From an uncultured Planctomycetaceae bacterium (GTDB lineage Bacteria; Planctomycetota; Planctomycetia; Isosphaerales; Isosphaeraceae), in assembly GCA_963833985.1 (NCBI GenBank), contig CAWIAD010000001.1:2720001-2784000 (forward strand): a DNA stretch of 64,000 nucleotides. Reading direction: 5' to 3'. The position numbers and the translations under genes are program-made. This document shows, one piece after another, positions 30,998 through 41,310 of this stretch. The notes beneath the pieces are model-generated. The model had not been told where the DNA came from. It did no database searches and saw only the letters and a list, made by a program, of their open reading frames with translations. The number at the start of each line of letters is the position of its first letter. Positions within the stretch are counted from its first letter, which is position 1.

Positions 30998-32374
30998 TCA
31001 CCGCCTGGTGTGGTCGTCAAGGGGTGACGCGGGCCGGCCAGTCCGTGGTGCCGCCGGAATGGAAGCCGCCGGAGGCGCGTGAGAATCGCGCTCGGGGCTT
31101 GCCTTCGCCGCGGGCAAGGAGGAAGGCGCGGGCGCCCCGGTGGCCGGCGATGCGCTGGCGGCCGCGGCCGGACTGGTCCCGGTGGAGTCGCCACCGCCGT
31201 CGCGGACCAGCGCGGGCATCGGCACATCTTCGGGAACAATCGTCATGCGGGGTCGCACCTGCTGCAAGCCGCCCACGACCACCCGGTCGTCGGGTCCCAG
31301 TCCGTCGGTGACGACGCGCAGGCCGTCGTCCTGGAGCGACGTGGTACTGATCCGGCGGTACTGGACCTTGTTCTCATGGTCCACCACGTAGACGTACTTG
31401 TTCCCCTGGTCCGAGCTGATCGCCCGATCGATCACCAGGACGGCCGGGTGCGGGTCGCCGATCGGCAGGCGAATGCGCACGAACATGCCCGGCGAGAGCA
31501 GCCGCGTGCCGCCCGGCGGCCTGGGGTTGGGAAAGATGCCCCGCACCAGGATGCTGCCAGTGGTCGGATTGAGCTGGTTGTTCACGAAATTGACGGTCCC
31601 CTCGTGCGGGAACCCGGCCTCGCCTTGCAGCCCCATGAACAGAGGCACGCGCAGGCCGTTGGCGCGCTTGGGCTTGATCTTTCCCTCGTTGATCGCCTTG
31701 CGAATGCGCAGCAGGGTTGGTTCGTCCATGTCGAAATAGGCGTACATCGGGTCCAGCGAGACGATCGTGGTCAGCAGTGTCTGGTCCTGGTTCACCAGGT
31801 TGCCCAGCGTCAAATAATAACGGCTGACCATACCGCTGATCGGTGCGACCACGCGGGTGAACTCGTGGTTCAGCTTGTAGACTTCCTTGTTCTTCTCGTA
31901 CGCCTTGACCCGGGCATCGGCCTCTTCCACGGCGGCCTCGTCCTGATCGATCTGCTGGCGGCTGATCGAGTTCGGCGTCATGTTGTTGATGGCCCGGTCC
32001 CGCGACAGCGTTGTCCGCGCCAGCTTGAGCTGGGCCTGGTACAGGTTCACCTGGCCGACGGCCTGGTCGAGCTGCGCCTGGTAGGGCCGCGGGTCGATGA
32101 CGAAGAGCAGGTCGCCTGCCTTGACCTCGGCCCCCTCCTCGAACTCCATCTTCACGAGGTAACCGGTGGTGCGCGGGCGAATGTCCACCGACTGGATGGC
32201 GTCGGTGCGGCCGGTGAAGTCGACGAAGTCGGTGACCTCGCGGACGACCGGCTTGCTCACCGGGATGGAGACCGTCTCCGCGCGGGCAACCTGGGGAGGC
32301 TTCCGCGCACAGCCGGCCGGCACGGCCAGCATGAGAGTCAGGCAGGCACAGCACCAGCGCATGGGTAAGGTCAT
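30998..32374 (-). CDS. RND periplasmic adaptor (membrane fusion protein), predicted lipoprotein
   Basis: Lipobox-like VPAGC; VDIRPRTTGYL, FEEGAEVKAGDLLFVIDPRPY, VVAPISG and PGMFVRIRL. Confidence 0.93.
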   Translation of the reverse strand: MTLPMRWCCACLTLMLAVPAGCARKPPQVARAETVSIPVSKPVVREVTDFVDFTGRTDAIQSVDIRPRTTGYLVKMEFEEGAEVKAGDLLFVIDPRPYQAQLDQAVGQVNLYQAQLKLARTTLSRDRAINNMTPNSISRQQIDQDEAAVEEADARVKAYEKNKEVYKLNHEFTRVVAPISGMVSRYYLTLGNLVNQDQTLLTTIVSLDPMYAYFDMDEPTLLRIRKAINEGKIKPKRANGLRVPLFMGLQGEAGFPHEGTVNFVNNQLNPTTGSILVRGIFPNPRPPGGTRLLSPGMFVRIRLPIGDPHPAVLVIDRAISSDQGNKYVYVVDHENKVQYRRISTTSLQDDGLRVVTDGLGPDDRVVVGGLQQVRPRMTIVPEDVPMPALVRDGGGDSTGTSPAAAASASPATGAPAPSSLPAAKASPERDSHAPPAASIPAAPRTGRPASPLDDHTRR

Positions 32375-32484
32375 CAACGGGCCCGCTCTTCCACGGATGC
32401 GATCACTGACTTTCCCCGTATGCAGAACCGTCCGCATCGACCGGCGAGGGTGATCGGCCGCCAGTGACTATTCTTCAAGGAATA

Positions 32485-34307
32485 TCAGCGACAGTTCAAG
32501 CGTGCCGGGTCTCGACTCGCCGCGGCTCCGCCACTTTTCGGTGGGATTGTCCACGCCGGCGGCATGATTGGACAGGCTTCGTGGCATGATGGCCTGCTCA
32601 GGCGGCGGCCTTGCGCAGTCCGGCGCAGGAGGCCCAGGGGCACGAGCCCGATGGTCACGGCCACGCATGCCTGGCCCAGCCAGTCTCCCCAGTTGGTGTA
32701 CAGGCTGGTCCGATCGTCAAGCGGGACCGTGACGCTGAGCACGCCCTCAGTCAACCGGGGACGGGTATCGCGGATCTCGCCGTTGCCGTCGATCAGGGCC
32801 GAGATCCCCGTGTTCACGGCCCGCGCCAGCGGCGTGCGCTGCTCGATGGTGCGGAAGACGCTCACGGCCAGATGCATGTCCAGCTCCGACGAGCCGCGGA
32901 ACCAGCCGTCGTTGGACATATTGATCAGCATGTCCGGCTGCCGTGCCCCCTGCGGCTCGCGGAAGAAGCGGCGGATCAGGTCCGGGACCGTGTCCTCGAA
33001 GCAGATCGCCACCGCCATGCGGTACGAGCCCAGGGGCAGAACCTTCGGCTCGGTGCCGAAGGCCAGGGTCGGCACGTAGCCGTTGCGGTACGGCGTGAAG
33101 ATGGTCAGCCAGGGGAGCGTTTCCAGAAACGGGATGAACTCGCCAAAGGGAACAAGATGGATCTTGGTGTATGCCTGCACGGTGCGGGCCATCGGCTCGA
33201 AGAGCAGCGCGGCGTTGTACTTGCTGAGCCGGTCCGGGCGATGGTCGTACATCAGGGCACCCACCAGCATCGGCACGCCGGCCCGGTCGGCCATGTCGTG
33301 CAGGTGCTCGGCGATCTTTTCCTTCTTCTCCAGCCACTCGGCCGTCTGAATCTCCCTGGAGATATGGGCCACCTGGCGCCCCATCTCGGCTGCCGACGTG
33401 GCCGGGTCGGTGATGATGTAACCATAGGGATACGCTGTCTCCGGCCAGACGAGGAGATCGGGCTTGGGCTCCACGGCCAGGGCGCGCGTGATCAGGTTCT
33501 CGATGCGCGTGAGGATCACCAGCGGATCTCCGCCCATCTTGTAGCGCTGCTCGAAGTTCGTTTGCAGCAGGGCCAGCCGCGGACCCGCGCGGAACTGCGC
33601 TGTTGACAGCCGGAAGGCGCCGTAGCAGAGCGAACCGCCGATCAGAACCGTCACCACCCAGAGCCGCACCATCTGCCTGGAGGTGAGCCTCATCCCGCGG
33701 GCCGTGGACCGGAGCAGTGGCAGCGACACCAGGTCCACCACCCAGGCATTGACCAGCACGACCAGAAAGCTGATTCCCAGGGCGCTTGTGGTGTCGGCGA
33801 TCTGGATGAGTGGCAGGAAACGGTACTGGCTGTGCCCCAGGTAGTACCAGGGGAAACCCGTGAGCACGAAGGCCCGGATAAACTCCATGCCGACCCAGAG
33901 GATCGGCGCCGCGAGCATGAGCGGCAGCCGGAGCCGGAACACGGCCAACCGCGTCAAGGCCAGGAATGCCGGCCACCACAGCGAGAACGCCAGCGCCATC
34001 GCCACCCAGGCCAGCCAGGCGGTGTCATCGGTCAGGCGGATCCATTGCAGGCTCAGGAACCAGAACGCGATGCCGCCGGTCCAGGCGCCCAGGTAGACTC
34101 CAGCGATCGGCTTTGCTGGACGGCCAGCCAGAGAAGGGGCACGAGACCCACCCAGGCCAGCCAGCTCCATTCCACGGGCGGAAAGGCCGTCCAGAGCACG
34201 GCACCCGAGGCCAGTCCCGCGACGATGGGCTCCGGCGCGAGGCGAAAGCCCCCTTTCCGCTTGGAAAGGGTCCAGGCGTCCAGCTCCAGCGGCTGGGTCG
34301 TGGTCAT
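32485..34307 (-). CDS. lnt: apolipoprotein N-acyltransferase; frameshift near 34105
   Basis: TAFPP..WSWLAWVGLVPLL, TGFPWYYLGHSQ, VWPETA, KIHLVPFGEFIP, ICFED, SNDGWF and RAVNTGISALID. Confidence 0.92.
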
Positions 34308-34366
34308 CTCCGGCTCCTCGCATGAGTGGACGACACGCGCTCGCGGTACGCACGGCCTCCCTGATC

Positions 34367-35596
34367 CTAGCGTAGCGGCAGAAAACGGACAATTTCTCCT
34401 GCCTCGAAAACGCGATCACCCACGGGGAAGATGGCGAACCCGTCGGCCAGAGCCATGCCCAGGAGGTCGGCCGAGCCGGCCCAGTCCAGCAGGTCAATCG
34501 TCGCTGGCGTGCCGGTCTCGGCCTGCGGTGGCTGGAGCCAGCGCGCCGGAGAATACGTCTCGCGGTCGCCGCGCTGGTGGTACTCACAGCCGAGCCGGGC
34601 CCATCGTTCCAGGACCGGCGGAGCCTGCAACCCCGCAAGCAGGTCGAGTGCCGGCCGGACGAAAACCAAGAAGCCCACCAGCGTACTGGCCGGGTTGCCC
34701 GGCAGCCCGAATACCAGCGTCCCTGGCCGCTCCCCACGCCGCGGTCCCACGCCGAACCAGAGCGGCTTGCCCGGCTTGATGCTCACCTTGTGAAAGACGC
34801 GCCGCACCCCGCTGCGCTCGAGCGCCGCGGGGACCAGGTCGCGCTGGCCGGCGGAGACCCCGCCGGTGATCAGCAGAACATCGAACGAGAGGCATTCGCG
34901 AACCATCCGGGAAAGCTCGTCGGCATCATCGGGCGTGATCGGCAACGCCCGGGGACACGTACCATGCTCCTGGGCCAGTTCCTCGAGCATGATGGCGTTG
35001 GAGTTGCGAATCTGGCCCGGGCCCGGCCGCTGGTCGGCAGCGACCAGCTCATCTCCGGTCGGCAGAATGGCCAGGCCGGGACGGGGGATGACCCGGACCC
35101 GTGTCCGGCCCACGGATGCCAGCAGTCCCAGGCAGGTGGGCGACAGGACCGTGCCGGGGCGCAGCAGGATGTCACCCTGCTGGTAGACGCGGCCCTGGCG
35201 GAGGATATTCTGGCCGGACCTCGGTCCGGAGCCCTCGATGATCAGCTCACCGGAATCGCATCGCGTGTGCTCCAGCATGACCACGGCGTCGGCCAGGGCG
35301 GGCAGGGGGGCCCCGGTCATGATGGCCGCGGCCTCCCCCGGTCCCAGCGGGCGGGTCGGTGGGCGGCCGGCCAGGATGGTCTCGCCGATCCGCAGCCGGC
35401 CGTCGGACTGCTTCAGGTCGTCCACCCGGACCGCGTAGCCGTCCACCAGCGCCTTGTCGAACGGCGGCTGGTCGGCGTCCGCCTCCACATGCTCGGCAAG
35501 AACACAGCCCAGGATCTCGCGGAGCGGCCCCTCGATCGGCGGCAAGGGCGTGGCCTCCCCGATCACCGCCGCGACAGCCTCTTCGACCCTGAGCAT
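34367..35596 (-). CDS. moeA: molybdopterin molybdenumtransferase
   Basis: PPFDKALVDGYA, IMTGAPLP, TGDEL, IRNSN, TGGVSAG..D, IKPGKP and GLPGNP. Confidence 0.95.
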   Translation of the reverse strand: MLRVEEAVAAVIGEATPLPPIEGPLREILGCVLAEHVEADADQPPFDKALVDGYAVRVDDLKQSDGRLRIGETILAGRPPTRPLGPGEAAAIMTGAPLPALADAVVMLEHTRCDSGELIIEGSGPRSGQNILRQGRVYQQGDILLRPGTVLSPTCLGLLASVGRTRVRVIPRPGLAILPTGDELVAADQRPGPGQIRNSNAIMLEELAQEHGTCPRALPITPDDADELSRMVRECLSFDVLLITGGVSAGQRDLVPAALERSGVRRVFHKVSIKPGKPLWFGVGPRRGERPGTLVFGLPGNPASTLVGFLVFVRPALDLLAGLQAPPVLERWARLGCEYHQRGDRETYSPARWLQPPQAETGTPATIDLLDWAGSADLLGMALADGFAIFPVGDRVFEAGEIVRFLPLR

Positions 35597-35609
35597 GTGT
35601 TCGCCTTGT

Positions 35610-36188
35610 TCAACCGGGTGGTCGTTCCAGGAAATTCTTGAGCAGCCTGATGCCTTCGAGGGTCAGGAAGCTCTCCGGATGATACTGCACGCCCTCCAGC
35701 GGGTAGGTCGTGTGGCGGACGCCCATGATCTCGTTCTGGTCCGTCCAGGCCGTCACCTCGAACTCCGGGGGAAGCGTTCCCGGCTGGATCACCAGGCTGT
35801 GGTAGCGAGTGGCCTCGAACGGGTTGTCGAGATCGCGGTAGACGCCACGCCCGTCATGGTGAATCCAGGACGTCTTGCCGTGCATGATGCGGCCGGCGCG
35901 GACGACCTTCGCGCCGAAGGTGTGACCAATGCACTGGTGCCCCAGGCAAACGCCCAGCAGCGGGATCGTGGGACCGAGCCGGGCGATCAGTTCGTTGGAG
36001 ATCCCCGCCTCCAGGGGCGTGCACGGTCCCGGTGAGATGATCAGATGCGATGGGTTCATCGCCTCGATCTCGGGCACGCTGACCTGGTCGTTGCGGCAAA
36101 CCTTCAGCTCGATGCCGGGATCGATCTCGCCCAGCCGCTGGACCAGGTTGTAAGTGAACGAATCGTAGTTGTCGATCAGCACGATCAT
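35610..36188 (-). CDS. trpG: anthranilate/aminodeoxychorismate synthase component II (glutamine amidotransferase, TrpG/PabA)
   Basis: LIDNYDSFTYNL, ISPGPCTP, GVCLGHQ, MHGKTS, RYHSL and QYHPES. Confidence 0.93.
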   Translation of the reverse strand: MIVLIDNYDSFTYNLVQRLGEIDPGIELKVCRNDQVSVPEIEAMNPSHLIISPGPCTPLEAGISNELIARLGPTIPLLGVCLGHQCIGHTFGAKVVRAGRIMHGKTSWIHHDGRGVYRDLDNPFEATRYHSLVIQPGTLPPEFEVTAWTDQNEIMGVRHTTYPLEGVQYHPESFLTLEGIRLLKNFLERPPG

Positions 36189-36437
36189 GAGGAGTCCGGG
36201 CTGCGTGCAAGGAATGGCGGGCTCGGCTGCCTGCCGACCTGTCCATGGAGATCGATCGTACCGTCGGCGCCTGGCCGTCGGAAGACGATCTCGCGCCGGC
36301 GGCCGTCCTCGGGCGATTGCGCGTGGTAGAGTTGAACTCTGGCAGAACCCGCGCTCGCAGGGCCTCAGCCGTTCTCGAAGGTCACCGGGCGTCGACCCGG
36401 AAGTGCCGCCACGAGCGTACCGACACGGAGGATCGCG

Positions 36438-36962
36438 ATGACCACGACCATCGTCTCTATCGCCCTGGTCCTGGGGCTAGGAAACAGCGGCCAGTGCTGC
36501 TCGGATCCGCTGCCCGGCCCGCACATGCATCGGCCGCCAAACTATCACTACAGGGTGCTGGGATCGGGCGGCTGGATCATGCCTCCGGGACCCGGCGACG
36601 GCTGGGGGTTTCCCAATAAAAACTCGGACCAGTCCGGCTGGTACGACAATGGGCCCTACCTGCCACTGGGTCCTGACAGGACCACCGATTACTTCTTTCC
36701 CCGCTACTACACCGTTCCGCTTGACCAGGCGTTCATGGGCACGTATTACAACCCTTACGTCAATCGCGGCCAGCGCTACATTCCCTTCACCGGCAACGGC
36801 GGTTGCCACCCCATGGGCGGGCCCGCCCCCGACACCGCGCGCACTCCCGTTCGACCCTATAGCGACCTGGCGAACAAGCGAACAGTGAACAGCGTGCCGC
36901 GTCTCAACGGACGCGTCGAGGCGCCCGTGGTCAATTCGGGAACCACCGGGCTGACTCCCTGA
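36438..36962 (+). CDS. hypothetical secreted Pro/Gly/Tyr-rich protein
   Basis: GGAGG RBS, short hydrophobic N-terminus, 174 aa. Confidence 0.75.
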   Translation: MTTTIVSIALVLGLGNSGQCCSDPLPGPHMHRPPNYHYRVLGSGGWIMPPGPGDGWGFPNKNSDQSGWYDNGPYLPLGPDRTTDYFFPRYYTVPLDQAFMGTYYNPYVNRGQRYIPFTGNGGCHPMGGPAPDTARTPVRPYSDLANKRTVNSVPRLNGRVEAPVVNSGTTGLTP

Positions 36963-37107
36963 CCGTTCGCCCGGCGTCACCACCGACCGAGTGGAGAAAA
37001 CGCGACGGGGCGCAGGGGCTCTTGACGCGGCGTCCGGGACGCGCCATATGATGGTGTCCCTCCGATCACGTCGCTGAGATCGCCACGTAGCGCACAGGGA
37101 GCCGCCC

Positions 37108-37659
37108 GTGAAACCTCTCGATTTCAATCAGCCCGAACCGCTCGAAGAGTATGCCTCTCCCAAAGCCGGGCTTGACCCGGCCGCAAAGCCTCTGGGGAGC
37201 CTTGCCCAGTCCGCCCGGGGGAAGGAACTGAACCAGGCGCGGTGGATCCTGGTCTTCGTCGGCCTGTTGACCCTCGGGGGCAATATCTTCCTGATTTACA
37301 ACACGCCGCGCGAAGTGGATCAGGTACTCACCCAGGCGAACATTGATCCTGCACAGATGGAGCAGACGCGGCAGGCCGTCACCATGTTCTGCTACGTCAT
37401 CTATGGCGGGCTCTGTTCCCTGGGGGTGCTGTTTCTGCTTTTCAGCGTGTTCATCAAGTCTTACCCGGTGCCGATCACGATCATCAGCCTGGTGCTCTAC
37501 ATCCTGGCCAACGTGGGTGTCGGGCTCATGAACCCGGCGGCCGTGGCTTCGGGGCTGATCGTGAAGATCATCATCGTGGTCGGTCTCTTCCGGGCGATCA
37601 AGGCGGCGCGGGCTTACGAGAGTGAGCGCCGCGCCGAGGGGAGCCTGGCCTACGAATGA
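37108..37659 (+). CDS. hypothetical 4-TM membrane protein
   Basis: Four hydrophobic segments; stop overlaps the next start (ATGA). Confidence 0.85.
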   Translation: MKPLDFNQPEPLEEYASPKAGLDPAAKPLGSLAQSARGKELNQARWILVFVGLLTLGGNIFLIYNTPREVDQVLTQANIDPAQMEQTRQAVTMFCYVIYGGLCSLGVLFLLFSVFIKSYPVPITIISLVLYILANVGVGLMNPAAVASGLIVKIIIVVGLFRAIKAARAYESERRAEGSLAYE

Positions 37660-38672
37660 TTGGCCGGACGGTCAGATCACGGCCCGAGCCTGTCGTCTGG
37701 GCGCTCTTGCTCATCGGCCTGGGGTTCGTCCTGGCCATCGCGGGCCCGCTCGCGGGTTGGCCGGTGCTGCTGCCCGCGGCACTGCTGCCGCTGGCCGTGG
37801 GCGGGTCGCTGCTGGTCCTGGGCCGAGAGCGCCCGTTCGTGGCCCGGTTCACCGAGGCAGGTGTGGAAGCCGGAGATCCACCCGTCCTGGTCCCTTACGA
37901 CCGGATGCTCCGGGTCGCCGCCGAGCAGGGCGCGGTGGACCCGAAAACCTTCCGCAAGCGATCCGCCGCGCTGCTGGTCGAGCACGATGCCGGCGTGCTG
38001 GGCTTTCCGTCCCGACTCGACTGCCCGTCCCACGAGATCTACGCCTTTCTGGCGGATCGCGTTCCGCATCGGTCCGGCCGCGATGTCCACCCCGCCCTGC
38101 TGGATTACCTGGAACGCGAGGAAGCGCGTTTCGGCCCGGACCAGATCTGGGTCTACTCCTGGACGCGCCGGCCCCGGCACTCGCGGCAGGCCCGCAGGCT
38201 GCGGGCGATCTGCATCGGGGCATTCATCGCCGCCGTCGGCTGGCTCGCCCTCGGCTTCTCGAGCGAGGCACCCATCGGCTGGACGATCACCGGCGTCATC
38301 ACCGCCGTCACCGCGGCGGTTTTGTTCCTGGCCAGTCGGGTGGCCAACGTTCCGCTGTCGATGGCTGGCCGGAACCTCAAGCAAGCCTGCCTGGTGATCG
38401 GCCCGAGCGGCATGGCCATGGTGCAGGGCGAGGTCCAGGGAGAGATCGGCTGGCCAGAGGTCCTTGACATCCGCTACGGGCCTCTCTTCTCCTTTCTGGG
38501 TTCGGGCCGGGGGCACGCGTCCGGACTCCCCTTCATCCGCCTGCGGGTCAAGGGAGCGGAGATCCCCATCCTGGATATCTACGACCGTCCGCTCTACGTG
38601 ATTCATGACCGCATGCTGGAGTGCAGGTCAGGCCAGAATCATCCCGCGGCAAGCTTCCCCGAACCGCGCTGA
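37656..38672 (+). CDS. hypothetical membrane protein with two (2-TM + soluble) modules
   Basis: 338-aa ORF coupled to the previous gene. Confidence 0.8.
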   Translation: MIGRTVRSRPEPVVWALLLIGLGFVLAIAGPLAGWPVLLPAALLPLAVGGSLLVLGRERPFVARFTEAGVEAGDPPVLVPYDRMLRVAAEQGAVDPKTFRKRSAALLVEHDAGVLGFPSRLDCPSHEIYAFLADRVPHRSGRDVHPALLDYLEREEARFGPDQIWVYSWTRRPRHSRQARRLRAICIGAFIAAVGWLALGFSSEAPIGWTITGVITAVTAAVLFLASRVANVPLSMAGRNLKQACLVIGPSGMAMVQGEVQGEIGWPEVLDIRYGPLFSFLGSGRGHASGLPFIRLRVKGAEIPILDIYDRPLYVIHDRMLECRSGQNHPAASFPEPR

Positions 38673-38855
38673 GTCATTGTCGAGGAACTACCGCCCGTCT
38701 TGCGGTTCTCGGCAGGCGGAACGTGCCGGCGCGCTGAGATCACGATCGGAACGGCGGACGCCTGCGAGATCCCTCGCGCTATGCCCTCCCTGTACTGGTG
38801 CGTCCCGATCGCTTCACCGCAGGTATTCCCTGCATCTGCTCTTCTCGTCGATTCA

Positions 38856-38893
38856 GGCCTTCCCGTAGCAAACGGACAAAAAACAACGCTAAG
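38856..38893. mobile_element. Tn3-family 38-bp terminal inverted repeat (degenerate)
   Basis: GGCCTTCCCGTAGCAAACGGACAAAAAACAACGCTAAG: 38 bp ending in ACGCTAAG and overlapping the tnpA stop. Confidence 0.75.
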
Positions 38894-39067
38894 CCGGAGG
38901 CCGGCCCGGACGGAGCGGACGAAGCTTCGCACCGCCGAGGTCCTGGCTCATCTCGAAGGCGTATTTGCCGTAGGGGTTGATGTGCTCATAACGGCACGGT
39001 GAGAGGTGGCTCAGATCGGACTCCTGGACCAGGTGACCATCGATGCGGAGCCGGTCGAGCGCCGCCG
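38889..39067 (-). pseudogene. tnpA: Tn3-family transposase, C-terminal remnant of about 58 aa
   Basis: AALDRLRIDGHLVQESDLSHLSPCRYEHINPYGKYAF...LRPLR-stop, a typical TnpA C-terminus. Confidence 0.85.
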
Positions 39068-39084
39068 GGAGGGGAAACGGGGAC

Positions 39085-39143
39085 GGAGGGAAAACGGGGA
39101 CGCAGCTAGTTCTCGATTCTAGCTGCGTCCCCGTTTTCCCTCC
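39085..39143. repeat. perfect 25-bp inverted repeat (REP/REPIN-like hairpin)
   Basis: GGAGGGAAAACGGGGACGCAGCTAG-N9-CTAGCTGCGTCCCCGTTTTCCCTCC, preceded by a partial stutter copy at 39067-39084. Confidence 0.85.
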
Positions 39144-39712
39144 CGACCCTCGGAGGTGCTGGTGGCTTTGATGAAAGCCACTCTACTCTGCTGGCTCATA
39201 TCTGGCGAGCGGAAGACCTCGCGATCAGCAATCGGCGGGTCGTGACTCCACCGACGGCTGACCCACTCAACCAGCTACCGGGGAAGAAGAAAGCGACAGC
39301 AGCAGAAAGGGACAGAGCAGAAAGCAAGCAGAAAGGGACAAGCAACGCTGTCTTGCATCGCCCCAGACCCGCTCGCCCACCCTGGCAGCGCCAACCCGAC
39401 GCGGCTACGATGACCGTACGCGCATGGCACGCTTTAACACTGGCCTCGAGTTGCCCAACTGGAGCCCCGGCCAGGTTCGCAGTTCACGGTCGTCGTGAGC
39501 GTGACGGGGTCGGTGCGACGCAGTGGCGGCGTCATGCAGCCGCAAGGGGCTCCCGGCGTCATGTGGGTCATGCCCATTTCGTCAGGGCGGCTGAGAAACC
39601 CTTGTCCCATGCCCGACGCATTAGCGGATACCGGGGAATTGCGTTGGGGCTCTCGTCTTTGACAGGATGATGAGGACTGAGGAATCGTCAGGCTTACCAC
39701 GAGAGGGGAGCG

Positions 39713-40267
39713 GTGGCGATGAATCGAAGGCGGTTACTGGGCGTCCTTGGAGTTGGTGTACTGGCGAATCCGTCGGACAACCGAGCGGCCGAGCCCGCGG
39801 AGGTGGCCGCCCTGGCGGTTCGAATCGTCCCGACGAGCTACGGGGAGAAGGATCGACGGGCGGTTATCGACCTGCGCGGTGCCTCGGCGCATTTCCACGT
39901 CGTGGTCACCAACGTCTCGCGTGAGCCGATTCGGCTCTTCAAAGAGTGGTCCAGCTGGGGCTACTTCAACCTCTCGTTTCAGCTGACGGACGAGGCGGGC
40001 TCTTCGGTCAATGTGGAGAAGATGCAGCGAGCTTGGACCAGGAACTATCCCGACTGGGAGACCATCCCGCCCGGAGGGCACCATCTGCGGGAGGTGACGT
40101 TCGACCCGACGGATTGGGCGGGCTTGCCTCCGCCGGACGCCCATCGGCGCAAGGCCGTGAGGATGAAGGCCATCTACGACATCCAGCCGGACTGGGACAC
40201 GAAGGAGCATGGGGTCTGGACGGGCCATATCTCGTCGCCGGAGGAGTCGTACGAACTGTGGGGATAG
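39713..40267 (+). CDS. hypothetical exported protein (twin-arginine-like signal, beta-rich domain)
   Basis: MNRRRLLGVLGVGVLA; 184 aa; GGAG RBS. Confidence 0.75.
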   Translation: MAMNRRRLLGVLGVGVLANPSDNRAAEPAEVAALAVRIVPTSYGEKDRRAVIDLRGASAHFHVVVTNVSREPIRLFKEWSSWGYFNLSFQLTDEAGSSVNVEKMQRAWTRNYPDWETIPPGGHHLREVTFDPTDWAGLPPPDAHRRKAVRMKAIYDIQPDWDTKEHGVWTGHISSPEESYELWG

Positions 40268-40344
40268 GCGTCAGCTCGGGCCGCGCCGTATCGTTCTACC
40301 CGATTCAGGCGCATACCAGAGGCTGCCGACGCGGCAGTGTTCGC

Positions 40345-40590
40345 CGCTTCGAGGGGCGGTTCCAGAGCGTGGCGACCCTCGATGAGGAATCGTTGCCGGC
40401 GACCTGGGCTGACATCGATCTGAACCCGGTGGCCGCGGGCATTGCCGAGGTGCCCGAGGCCAGCTCGCACTCGTCGATCAAGGAACGGGTGGAGCACGTG
40501 CGGGAGCAGGACCGGGCCGAGGACCTGAAGGCTGCCGAGGCGGGCAGCGTGGCGGGGTCGCAGGCGGCGGAGGGGCTGGAAGAAGATGCC
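40345..40590 (+). pseudogene. RAYT / IS200-like Y1 (HUH) transposase internal remnant
   Basis: FEGRFQSVATLDEESLPATWADIDLNPVAAGIAEVPEASSHSSIKERV matches the recalled ..EGRFKS..LDE..L....YIDLNP pattern; catalytic Tyr is replaced by Asp. Confidence 0.75.
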
Positions 40591-41310
40591 ACGAAGTGCT
40601 GGTCGGGCTCACGCCCGAGGTTGGAGGCTGCGCCCGTGAAAACCACGTGCTCACGCACGTGGCCACACGCCCACGAATTCCCGCGCTCGTCCGTGGGCCA
40701 CTCTCCGTTTTCTCTGTGGTTCCACGGTTTTCCCGACTGACTGCGAAGAGGTGTCAGCAATGGTCGTGCGTATCCGGGTCTCAGGTCCTCACCGGGTGCC
40801 CTGGAGACGCCGAGGTCACGGCGCGATGTGCCGAGCCGGGGTGAAACGGGGTCCGGAACGAAACGGGACGCGGTTCGTTTCAGAGCGGGAGGCCGGGTGC
40901 GCTGCTTGTCAAGCCGGGCATCGGGCGGGTACGATGTGCAATTCCTGGAGCCTGCCTGGCGGCTGACAGCCTTGCGGCCCACGCCAGGGTCTCCGGACAG
41001 GCCGATGTTCGACTTCGCCTGAGGGTTTCGAACCTTCTTCACGAGCCGAACGTAGCAGGCCCAATGCGTGGGTCCACACGGCCTTGATCGTGCATCCGCC
41101 CACGGGTGGCGAATTCTGCCTCATGACACCATCATAATACTGATCGTCCCCGGCCCGTTCCGGCGCGAGCCCGGCGGGTACGGTCCGGTCACCGAACCGC
41201 GTTTCTTTCCACCGAGACTCCACAGCAAGAACAGGACAAGGCGACCGGGCGACACGTGGTTCCGTCGCAACTTCCATCCTCGTGATCCATCGTGAGACAA
41301 GGCGCTGGTG

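Noticed and set aside
23305..31239. 2644-aa fused double RND ORF in the track
   Set aside because: The junction of about 190 aa is out-of-frame sequence. The true RND2 N-terminus is in another frame (26193-26792), and two single-base losses (about 26822 and 26230) explain the read-through.
39420..39700. 88-aa minus-strand ORF as a possible IS fragment
   Set aside because: It sits among mobile-element remnants, but I cannot assign it to any family from the sequence.
40630..40760. Possible att/tRNA remnant at the island edge
   Set aside because: No tRNA cloverleaf or T-loop consensus and no matching direct repeat at the other end.
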